In this document: positions 17,931-26,731 of the stretch, one piece after another
Layout of the letters: the number at the start of each line of letters is the position of its first letter
Numbering within the stretch: position 1 is the first letter of the stretch
From: Armatimonadota bacterium
GTDB lineage: Bacteria > Armatimonadota > Fimbriimonadia > Fimbriimonadales > Fimbriimonadaceae
Length of the DNA: 64,000 nucleotides
Direction of reading: 5' to 3'
NCBI GenBank assembly: GCA_031400935.1
Contig: JANNQV010000027.1
Location: 124,001 to 188,000, forward strand
Notes under the pieces: model-generated
What the model was told of the DNA's origin: nothing
The model's input: the letters and a program-made list of their open reading frames with translations, nothing else
Database searches by the model: none
Translations under genes and position numbers: made by a program

Positions 17931-20018
17931 ATGGCTAAACTCAAAGTCATCCAGCCCGCTAGCAAGCCGCGCCCATCTAAGATGGGAAAGTGGCGGGCGA
18001 TGGTGCTCATAGGGGTTCACGTACTTGTCGCTCTGCACATCTGGCATTGGAAGGCGACGGGCAGCACAGTCACGCCCGTTGAACCCAGTGAGGCGATGCA
18101 AACGCTCGAACTCGGCTATGTGAATGCCGGGTTCGTTTTCTTCGCCTTAGCAATCCTAAGCACACTGATCTTTGGAAGGTGGTTTTGCGGTTGGGGATGC
18201 CACGTTGTGGCTTTGCAAGACCTTTGCTCTTGGATGCTGAAAAAGGTCGGGATTCGCCCGAAGCCGCTTCGCTCCAGGCTTTTGGTTTGGATTCCAGTTT
18301 TCGCCGCTTTCTATATGTTCGCATACCCTTCCCTTGTTCGAGTTCTGGCTGGAAACGGGAACCCGGCTTGGATAGCGCACTTTCAAACTGAGAACTTTTG
18401 GGCGACGTTTCCGAATTGGCAGATTGCACTTGTTACCCTTAGCGTTTGCGGATTTTTGATTGTTGTCTTGCTCGGAAACAAGGGATTCTGCACTTACGCT
18501 TGTCCTTATGGAGGCATTTTCTACCATGCCGACCGCGTCGCGCCAGGCAGAATTCGGGTTACGGACGACTGCGATCAATGCGGCCATTGCACGACCGCTT
18601 GCACTTCGAACATAAAGGTTCATGAAGAGGTTGCTGTATTCAAAATGGTCCACGATTCGGGCTGCATGAAATGCATGGATTGCGTGAGCGTTTGCCCGAA
18701 AGGAGCCTTGTATTACGGGTTTGGATCGCCTATTCCCGTTAAGACTGCCAAAGTACGAGCCGAACGACATTACGATGTCTCAATGCCCGAGGAAGTCGCG
18801 CTTTTTGCGTTGTTTGCTGGTTCGTTTTACGCGTTTCGCGGGCTGTATGACGCGGTGCCGTTCTTGCTTAGCGTTGGGCTTTCTTCGATCAATGCCTTTT
18901 TGCTCTTGTCGTTTTGCAGACTTGTCTACACGAAGGATTTGCGGGTTCAAAGATGGCAGGTGAAGCGCGCTGGGAAATTGACGGCCAACGGCTTCGTTGG
19001 TACCGGAATCGGGCTGGCACTAGCTTCCTTGACAATCCATAGCGGAATCGTCAACTTTCATACTCACGAAGGAACTCGGGCTCTCTTGATAGCCACTACT
19101 CTATCGGAAAGGGATCCGAACTCTTCCGAAGCAACAGAACTCGCAAAGCAGGCGGAAAGCAGCTTTTCAAGAGCGGATTCCATGGCTCTGTTCCCCATCG
19201 CCGAATGGAAATACAAACTTGGCGTGACCGCTCAATTTCGGGGCGATTTTGAAACGGCAAGGAAACAGTTTCGTAAGGCATTGGAATTGGATCCAAACCG
19301 TCCGAATACGAGACTTCAGCTTGCTCATTTAAGCTACATCGCAGGAGATTTTGAAACAGCACAACGGGAATTCGGACTTGTTATTGAATCAAAGACTGAT
19401 CTCGGAGCCCTTTGGTCTGAATATGCCGAATCGTTGTTGCGGCTAGGCAAGAATAGGGAAGCACTTGGCGCGTTCAACCGCGCAGTTTCGTCTGACCCAG
19501 ATCGCCTCTCGAACTTACTGAATAAGGGAATGTTGTTGGCCCAATCTGGAGAACTTGAATCAGGAGCCGAAGCGATAGAGTTATACGTTTCGAAAAACCC
19601 TACAGATTCTGTTGGACATTTGAATCTCGGCCTAATAAGAGCAACCATGGGAAGGGCCGATGAAGCCATTGCTTCGCTTGATCAGGCAATTCGGCTCAAA
19701 CGCGATTCAGGAGCCGCTTATATCGCAAAGGCTCAACTGTTGGCCTCAAAAGGCAAACCAGACGAAGCGTTTCGTGACGCCCTGATTGCCATTAGGTTTG
19801 AGCCGCATAGTCTTTCAGTCGTCTCAGATTTTCTTTCCGTTGTCGTCGCTCTAAAGCTGGAAAAGAGAGCCATTTCCGAGCTTACTTTCCGCGAAAAAAG
19901 GGATCCAAAATTGGCATACATTCTGGCTGGAGTATATGCAGCAATCGGGAATCGAAACAGGTCTCAAGAAATACTTCAAGAAACTTGGAAAACTTTTCCG
20001 AACCTTCCGGGCTTCTAA
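17931..20018 (+). CDS. Membrane 4Fe-4S binding protein (NapH/MauN/FixG-like) fused to TPR repeats
   Basis: GRWFCGWGC, FCTYACPYG, CDQCGHCTTAC, CMKCMDCVSVCP; several TM helices; C-terminal TPR-like repeats (ALELDP, AVSSDP). Confidence 0.85.
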   Translation: MAKLKVIQPASKPRPSKMGKWRAMVLIGVHVLVALHIWHWKATGSTVTPVEPSEAMQTLELGYVNAGFVFFALAILSTLIFGRWFCGWGCHVVALQDLCSWMLKKVGIRPKPLRSRLLVWIPVFAAFYMFAYPSLVRVLAGNGNPAWIAHFQTENFWATFPNWQIALVTLSVCGFLIVVLLGNKGFCTYACPYGGIFYHADRVAPGRIRVTDDCDQCGHCTTACTSNIKVHEEVAVFKMVHDSGCMKCMDCVSVCPKGALYYGFGSPIPVKTAKVRAERHYDVSMPEEVALFALFAGSFYAFRGLYDAVPFLLSVGLSSINAFLLLSFCRLVYTKDLRVQRWQVKRAGKLTANGFVGTGIGLALASLTIHSGIVNFHTHEGTRALLIATTLSERDPNSSEATELAKQAESSFSRADSMALFPIAEWKYKLGVTAQFRGDFETARKQFRKALELDPNRPNTRLQLAHLSYIAGDFETAQREFGLVIESKTDLGALWSEYAESLLRLGKNREALGAFNRAVSSDPDRLSNLLNKGMLLAQSGELESGAEAIELYVSKNPTDSVGHLNLGLIRATMGRADEAIASLDQAIRLKRDSGAAYIAKAQLLASKGKPDEAFRDALIAIRFEPHSLSVVSDFLSVVVALKLEKRAISELTFREKRDPKLAYILAGVYAAIGNRNRSQEILQETWKTFPNLPGF

Positions 20019-20183
20019 ATCCGACGTACTAGTGAAAATAACGGCTCTAATTGAGTCTTATTCGTGTTAATATAGAGAGAATTCAGTTCGGCAATAGTTT
20101 CAGGCCTGTCTGATCGTAGTCGAATGGAAGGCAATAGGGGAGTTTTCGGTAGGGTCAACTTTCTTTAGAGGAGTATTTTTGGA

Positions 20184-22481
20184 ATGGTTAAACAAATATT
20201 GAAATTGGGGATCGTGCTTTTTGCTTTAGGCGCGGCAGTTGTTGCTTCCGCACAAGATGTACCGTGGAAAGTTACTGGCGGCACAGCGATTGTGCAATTT
20301 TGGCCTGACAATGTTCGAGCATACGGTCTTGAAATTACAAATTTGACCCCAACGGCGTTTGGGAACTGGCCGATGGAAGGTGGCTACGGATTCCAGATCC
20401 AATCGAGATCTGATCTAAAGGTAATGACCGAAAATCAGGTTTTTGGCTATTTTATGGACGGCCAAGTAAGAGTTAAGGGCGGATTTTCGATTCGATCTGG
20501 AAAAACTTCGGTGCCTGTTTTCAATTTGAGCGTCAAGCCAGTAGGACCGACTCAATCCTCACTACTAGCCATTCGGGACGGGTTCATTGGCGAGCTGGCT
20601 CCTCCGCTGGATATGGACCATGCAATAACATACTTTGACATAGATCGCAGAATATTGACGATGGGCTGGGCTGATTTGAAGTTGTCCCGCGAAGCCGCAA
20701 TGGCACTCGGAAAGCCCGAAGCTGAAGGTTTGCTTATTGGAGGATTCACAGTTTTTGCGAACGTAGCGCCAACGCAAGAGGTTAAGGGTGGTGGCGGCGG
20801 CGGCGGTGGAGGATTTGAAGATAACGTCAACGCCGACGTAAATCTTTTCAACATGAGTGGATTGGCATCCATGGGAAGAGATGGTGTTGCGTATCCAAAC
20901 GGAATTACAGGAATGGCCACATTGACTACATCTTGTAACAAGGGAACAACAAACATTGACTGGTTTCAGCCAATGAATGAAAGACATCCAGTTATCGTTC
21001 AGGACCTATTCCGGATTCGGCTGGGCAGAATAGAGCAGATCGGGTCAGCCTATCTAAAGCATGGATTTTTCGCAACAAACACGACAAACGGCGCTTGCGG
21101 AGTAGGCGTGCATCCCGGAACTGGCACATTGCTAGGGCCTGGCCTTACGGACACATACGGAACAAGCAACAACGGCGACCGATTCTACCTTGGCCCTCGA
21201 TCCGAAGTGAATCCTTTCACAGGGCATTGGACCGCATTTGGCTCGTTCTTTGATGTTGGAACCGGCGGTGCCGTACCCGATGGAGCTCGTTCACTTACTA
21301 GCGGTCAAGCTGGAGCACTCCCAGCCCATAAGAACCGGCTTGAAGTTCGAGATGCGGACCTCATCATCCCTGGAGGCGAATCTCGGCAATATTTGTATCA
21401 ATCGTTCTACCTTTGCGAACAGGACCTCAATTTGGCAAACCAAATTGGGACTCGCCAGGCGAATATCGCTTGGAACGGCTCTACTTGGGCATGTGCTGAC
21501 AATGGTGCATTTATTCCAGACAAAGCCGCAATCGAACAATACGTAACGATGATAAATGCATCGAAAAACGTTGGCGCTGGTGACGTCTTAGCTACGGTAA
21601 ACAGAATCGTAGTTGAACTATCTGGCCTCAACCAAGGTTGGGTCTATGTTGCTTGCAATCCGATCCGGCTTGGGGGCGGGCTTTGGCAATACGAGCTTTC
21701 CATGTTCAACTACACGAGTGATCGCCAGATTCGAGAGCTGAGGATTCCGATGATGACGGGAATGGCAGTCACGAACGTTGGGTTCCGAGACTCTGACCAA
21801 ACGGCTGGCAACGATTGGACAGGTGCCTACTCGAATGGTGAGATAGTTTGGTCAACTCAAACCTTTGCGGTCAATCCAAACGCAAACAGTCTGAAATATG
21901 GCTCGTTGTACAACTTTACATTTACAGCAAATGTGGCACCCATGGCAAATTCTTCAACCGTAGGACTGTTTAAGCCTGGAACAGGAACAGATTTTCCTGT
22001 GAGCGTCATGAGCCCTCCAAATGGAAAGATATCGCCATCTACAATCTCGATTAATTTTGGTTCAAATGGTGGTGGAAACGTAGGAAGCACAGCAACTTCG
22101 GATGATTCGTACTATCGAGTTAACGAAACCGCGGGGTCGCCCTTGAGCTACCCGGCTCAAGTAACTTTGAATGGCTTTGCGCCAATCACGACTCCTGGCA
22201 CCTTAAAGCTTGAAATCGAGTCGGCAGGAGACCGTAACGGCCGATTCCAGTCCTGTGAACTTTGGAACTGGATCACAGGCCAATTTGAAATAGTTGATAC
22301 GAGCTTTATTCGCTTAATTGACACTACAAGAACTGTAAATGTTGGGGGAACAGTATCGAGGTTCGTGAATTCCTCGACGCGAGAAATGAGAGCTCGGCTC
22401 ACGATGGATCGAGGTTCGGCGGAAACACTCTCCTTGGCATTCTTCAAGATAGACATGTTCCGATTCACTATCGGACTTTAG
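20184..22481 (+). CDS. Large secreted multidomain hypothetical protein; central domain has a lysyl-oxidase-like motif pattern
   Basis: RBS GAGGAG; signal peptide ending ASA; Gly-run linker; TTSCNKG, HPVI, KHGF, GPGLTDTYG; beta-rich C-terminal domains. Confidence 0.8.
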   Translation: MVKQILKLGIVLFALGAAVVASAQDVPWKVTGGTAIVQFWPDNVRAYGLEITNLTPTAFGNWPMEGGYGFQIQSRSDLKVMTENQVFGYFMDGQVRVKGGFSIRSGKTSVPVFNLSVKPVGPTQSSLLAIRDGFIGELAPPLDMDHAITYFDIDRRILTMGWADLKLSREAAMALGKPEAEGLLIGGFTVFANVAPTQEVKGGGGGGGGGFEDNVNADVNLFNMSGLASMGRDGVAYPNGITGMATLTTSCNKGTTNIDWFQPMNERHPVIVQDLFRIRLGRIEQIGSAYLKHGFFATNTTNGACGVGVHPGTGTLLGPGLTDTYGTSNNGDRFYLGPRSEVNPFTGHWTAFGSFFDVGTGGAVPDGARSLTSGQAGALPAHKNRLEVRDADLIIPGGESRQYLYQSFYLCEQDLNLANQIGTRQANIAWNGSTWACADNGAFIPDKAAIEQYVTMINASKNVGAGDVLATVNRIVVELSGLNQGWVYVACNPIRLGGGLWQYELSMFNYTSDRQIRELRIPMMTGMAVTNVGFRDSDQTAGNDWTGAYSNGEIVWSTQTFAVNPNANSLKYGSLYNFTFTANVAPMANSSTVGLFKPGTGTDFPVSVMSPPNGKISPSTISINFGSNGGGNVGSTATSDDSYYRVNETAGSPLSYPAQVTLNGFAPITTPGTLKLEIESAGDRNGRFQSCELWNWITGQFEIVDTSFIRLIDTTRTVNVGGTVSRFVNSSTREMRARLTMDRGSAETLSLAFFKIDMFRFTIGL

Positions 22482-22494
22482 TCAAAAACTCTTA

Positions 22495-22524
22495 AGCAGC
22501 CCCAAACGTATGTTTGGGGCTGCT
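22495..22524. terminator. Hairpin terminator between convergent genes
   Basis: AGCAGCCCCAAAC-GTAT-GTTTGGGGCTGCT, perfect 13-bp stem. Confidence 0.75.
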
Positions 22525-22558
22525 CAATTTTGCCGGCACTTCTAATATTCGGCCTGGC

Positions 22559-23581
22559 TTATGGCATAAACTTGACCATCGCCTTTACTTGCTCGACAAC
22601 GGCCACTGGGCTGATTTTTCTCATGCAATCGTGATGGCCAAGCGGGCAATTTCTTTCATAGCAAGGTGAGCATGAAATTCCTAGACTGATGATTTGGACA
22701 TGCTCTGAAAGCGGCGGTGTGTGACCTGCATGGGTCGGGCCATAAATCGCAACAATGGGCTTGTTAAGTGCTGCGGCAACGTGCATGAGTCCGGAGTCAT
22801 TGCAAACAATACTGCTGGCCGCGCTAAGAATGTGCACTGCTTGATCAAGCGACGTTTTTCCGCATAAATCGAGGCAGCGACTCTGGGTCGCCGTTTGAAT
22901 GGACTGAGCGATTCCGGTTTCCTTTTCCGAACCAATCAACCAGATTTGAAAACCCAGACCTAGTAACTGTATGGCAGCTTCAGCATAATGCTCGGCCGGC
23001 CAGCGTTTCGCGTCGCCCCCTTCTGAACCTGGCACCAAGGCAATGGATTTTTGGGGCCCAATGACGATACCAAATTCTTGCAATGTTCGAGCCACCTCTT
23101 CCTCATCGCAAATGAAGTTCGACCTTTCGGAAAAACCGGGTGTGGGCTCCTCTTTCTTGTCTAAGCCAAGCAAACATGCACGGTCTGTTGCTAGCGGGAA
23201 TTGGGCAATGTTGGTGACCTTAGGATCGTTGATAAGCAAATAGCGAAACTCACGATTCGTCCCCGATCGCTTGGGAATTCTAGCAAGCCAAGGGACGATC
23301 GCCGATTTGAACGAGCTCGGCATTACAATCGCCCAATCATAGCGGCGCTTTCGAACTTGAAACGCCATTCCAATTCGCCGGAACAAGTTGACTTTGCCTC
23401 TGGATGTTGAGCATTCCAGACAACCGTTTACTTCTGGCATATAGGAGAAGATCGGAGCGATGAACGGCGAAGCCAAAATTTCTATTGTGGCGGTGGGATG
23501 CCTCAGTCGAAGTAGCTTCAAGAGGCTTTGACTCAGTACAGCATCTCCCACCCATCTGGGAGCCACAACGAGTATTCTCAC
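22559..23581 (-). CDS. waaF: Lipopolysaccharide heptosyltransferase II (GT9)
   Basis: RILVVAPRWVGDAV, AKRWPAEHY, NDSGLMHVAAA, CSPCYERNCPLGHHDCM; GTG start with GGAG upstream. Confidence 0.9.
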   Translation of the reverse strand: MRILVVAPRWVGDAVLSQSLLKLLRLRHPTATIEILASPFIAPIFSYMPEVNGCLECSTSRGKVNLFRRIGMAFQVRKRRYDWAIVMPSSFKSAIVPWLARIPKRSGTNREFRYLLINDPKVTNIAQFPLATDRACLLGLDKKEEPTPGFSERSNFICDEEEVARTLQEFGIVIGPQKSIALVPGSEGGDAKRWPAEHYAEAAIQLLGLGFQIWLIGSEKETGIAQSIQTATQSRCLDLCGKTSLDQAVHILSAASSIVCNDSGLMHVAAALNKPIVAIYGPTHAGHTPPLSEHVQIISLGISCSPCYERNCPLGHHDCMRKISPVAVVEQVKAMVKFMP

Positions 23582-23665
23582 TTTGACTCCAAGATTAGCA
23601 TACAGCAAGAAATTTCCAGTACATAGTAGTTCCCATTGATTACCTCAAGTAGACTGCTGAATGAT

Positions 23666-26600
23666 ATGTTAGCTTCATTTTTTGTAGTATTGATTATGTC
23701 GAGCTCCAGCGTTGAACCGACTCAACTTCGATGCGAATCTCTCACAGATCCTGTTGGAATCGGAACCGCCGCTCCAAGACTTAGCTGGAAAGTTCGGGCG
23801 ATTACAGACGGCCGAGACTTGAGCCAAACGGGTTATCGAATAATAGTTGCAAGCGATCCCAAATCAGTATCGGTTTCTAAGGCCGACATATGGGATAGTG
23901 GAGTTGTTCGTTCGAACGAAACCATTGGCATAACGTATAAGGGAAAACCGCTCCGTTCCAACGATCGCTGCTGGTGGAGAGTTCAGATCGTAGACCAAGA
24001 TGGAAGTGTCTCGCAATGGAGCCCCCCTGCCCAGTTTGGAATCGGATTGCTTAATGAAAGCCACTGGAAGGCGGAGTGGATAGGATTCGATGAACCAAGA
24101 AATGCTTTGAAGTCTAACGATCCATTTGAAGGTGCAAAATGGATATGGGGCGAACCAAAAGTGAAGATTCTTGAGTTTCGTAGGACCTTTAGGGTCGAAG
24201 CTATTCCTTCGAAGGCTAAGCTTAGTATCACTGCTGACGATCACTTTATTGTCACGATGAACAATGCGGAGATTTACCGAAGCAATAGAGATACCGATTC
24301 ATGGCGCAAGCCTGTTGAATTAGACATTTCAAAAAGTGTGGTTCAGGGTGCAAACCAAATTCAAGTGCAAGTTGAAGACACTGGCGGCGACGCAGGCTTG
24401 CTGGCAGTACTGAGTATTGAAAGCTCGGCCACAGGTTCTGTAGTCCTTCGCACGAATAACGAATGGACCGTTTCTCCAACAAAAGATGGCACATTTCGAG
24501 CAGCCAATGAAGTCGCAACTTACGGCGCAAATCCTTGGGGAAGAATCAATCAGGCTTTACTTCTGCCTTCACCTCGCCTGCTTCGAAATGAATTCACCCT
24601 CACTAAGCCAGTTAAGAGTGCGACACTGCACGGAACTGCGCTCGGCCTACTTGATATGCACCTGAACGGTCGTAAAGTAGGCAATGACTATTTCATGCCC
24701 GGTTGGAGCGAATACGGCAAACGCACATATTCATGCAGTTATGACGTAACGAAGCTACTCAAACAAGGTCCGAATGCCTTGGGAATCGTACTTGGGGACG
24801 GCTGGTTTTCAGGCTATGTTGGCTATGGGGGAAGACGGGATCATTACGGTACCAAGCTTCGGGCAAAGGCGCAAATCATCGTGAATTATGTGGATGGGGC
24901 AAGCGAGACAATCGGAACTTCGAAGGATTGGAAAGCGGCTACGGGCCCAATGAAATTCTCGGACTTTCTGATGGGCGAGACCTACGATGCCCGGATTATC
25001 GAAGACGGATGGGACAGGAGCGGAATTCGGGCCAGCAATTGGAAACCTGTTGACGTCGGAAACGATTTTTCAACAACTATCGAGCCCTTTCCAGGACAGC
25101 CAGTTCGCGAAATAACCGTTTTGGAAGCCAAAGCAGTGACCCAACCAAAACCTGGAGTCTATGTACTTGACCTCGGACAAAACATTGCCGGGTTTGCCCG
25201 CCTCAATATTAAGGGAAGAAAGGGACAGGAAATCGTTCTTAGATACGCGGAACGATTGAGTCCCGACGGAACAATTTATACCGACAACCTTCGCGGAGCA
25301 CGAGCGATTGACACTTATATTTGTCGTGGCAGAGGCGAAGTTGAGACTTGGTCGCCACGATTTACCTTTCACGGATTTCAATACATCGAGGTGTCCGGCC
25401 TTGGCCGTCGCCCGGGCAAAAACGAAGTTGTTGGCGTTGCCGTCAGCAGCGACACGCCAAACGCTGGGACAATTGAAACCAGCGATCCGATGATCAACCG
25501 CCTAGTGAAGAACGCTTGGTGGACTCAGCAGATGAACTTCATTGACATACCAACGGATTGCCCTCAGCGAGACGAAAGATTGGGCTGGACAGGCGATGCG
25601 CAGGCTTATATTCGCACGGCGACCTACCTGAACGATGTTCAGCCGTTTTTCACTAAATGGCTCGTTGCACTTGACGACAGCCAGCGAGAAGACGGGCAGT
25701 TCCCTATGGTTGCGCCGGTCAAGGTTGCAGGTTCAGATGGCGGCCCAGCTTGGGCAGATGCAGGCGTAATATGCCCTTGGACAATTTACGATGTCTACGG
25801 CGACCGCCAATTGCTCGAACAGCACTATCCGGCGATGAAGAAATTCGTCGAATTTTGTCGAAAGCGATCTACACCTGACTTATTGCCGCCAAAGGAGTTT
25901 CACGCATTCGGCGATTGGGTGAACATCAACGATCCGACGCCAAATGAAGTGATCTATGAGGCCTATTTTGCGGGAAGCGCGCAAATTCTTTCAAAGGCGG
26001 CATACGTTCTCGGGAAATTGGAGGACGGCTTAGAATATGAGACGCTTTACCGAAGGGTACGGCGAGCTTTCCAAGGGGCTTACACCACCCCGGATGGCAA
26101 GGTCAGCGGCGATTCACAGTGCGCATATGTCTTGGCACTCGGATTTGATCTGCTAGAAAAGGATATGGCGGCCAAAGCCGCCGCACACCTTGTAGCCCGA
26201 ATCGAAAGCAAAGGCTGGCACCTATCAACTGGATTTGTCGGAACTCGCGACATCATGCACGTTTTGAGCAAAATCGGGCGAAACGATGTTGCTTTTCGCT
26301 TGCTTCACAACAAGACTTTCCCAAGCTGGGGGTTTACAATTGCGAACGGCGCGACCAGCATTTGGGAACGGTGGGATGGCTGGACGCCCGACAAAGGATT
26401 CCAAGACCCAGGAATGAACTCATTTGCCCATTACGCTTTTGGGGCGGTTGTAGGCTGGATATTTGCTCAACCTGCCGGAATAACCAACCTTGATGCAGGG
26501 TTCAAAACCGTCAAAATCGCCCCACAAATTGACCCGAATCTGAAATGGCTGAAATCGTCCTACGAGTCCGTTCGCGGGACGATTGTGTCCGAGTGGCGTA

Positions 26601-26731
26601 AAGACGGAAACTCGTTGACGATGCGAGTCGTAATCCCGCCAAACGTTATCGCTGAAATCCACGTACCGGGTGGACCAATTGAAATGGTCGGCTCTGGCGA
26701 GTATACGTATCGGAGCAAAATTGCGAAATGA
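23666..26731 (+). CDS. Alpha-L-rhamnosidase (GH78)
   Basis: PRLSW, DLGQNIAG, FTFHGFQY, PTDCPQRDERLGWTGDA, GATSIWERW, MNSFAHY. Confidence 0.93.
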   Translation: MLASFFVVLIMSSSSVEPTQLRCESLTDPVGIGTAAPRLSWKVRAITDGRDLSQTGYRIIVASDPKSVSVSKADIWDSGVVRSNETIGITYKGKPLRSNDRCWWRVQIVDQDGSVSQWSPPAQFGIGLLNESHWKAEWIGFDEPRNALKSNDPFEGAKWIWGEPKVKILEFRRTFRVEAIPSKAKLSITADDHFIVTMNNAEIYRSNRDTDSWRKPVELDISKSVVQGANQIQVQVEDTGGDAGLLAVLSIESSATGSVVLRTNNEWTVSPTKDGTFRAANEVATYGANPWGRINQALLLPSPRLLRNEFTLTKPVKSATLHGTALGLLDMHLNGRKVGNDYFMPGWSEYGKRTYSCSYDVTKLLKQGPNALGIVLGDGWFSGYVGYGGRRDHYGTKLRAKAQIIVNYVDGASETIGTSKDWKAATGPMKFSDFLMGETYDARIIEDGWDRSGIRASNWKPVDVGNDFSTTIEPFPGQPVREITVLEAKAVTQPKPGVYVLDLGQNIAGFARLNIKGRKGQEIVLRYAERLSPDGTIYTDNLRGARAIDTYICRGRGEVETWSPRFTFHGFQYIEVSGLGRRPGKNEVVGVAVSSDTPNAGTIETSDPMINRLVKNAWWTQQMNFIDIPTDCPQRDERLGWTGDAQAYIRTATYLNDVQPFFTKWLVALDDSQREDGQFPMVAPVKVAGSDGGPAWADAGVICPWTIYDVYGDRQLLEQHYPAMKKFVEFCRKRSTPDLLPPKEFHAFGDWVNINDPTPNEVIYEAYFAGSAQILSKAAYVLGKLEDGLEYETLYRRVRRAFQGAYTTPDGKVSGDSQCAYVLALGFDLLEKDMAAKAAAHLVARIESKGWHLSTGFVGTRDIMHVLSKIGRNDVAFRLLHNKTFPSWGFTIANGATSIWERWDGWTPDKGFQDPGMNSFAHYAFGAVVGWIFAQPAGITNLDAGFKTVKIAPQIDPNLKWLKSSYESVRGTIVSEWRKDGNSLTMRVVIPPNVIAEIHVPGGPIEMVGSGEYTYRSKIAK

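Noticed and set aside
20787..20812. GGN run as a phase-variable tract
   Set aside because: Mixed codons encoding a Gly linker; slippage would keep the frame
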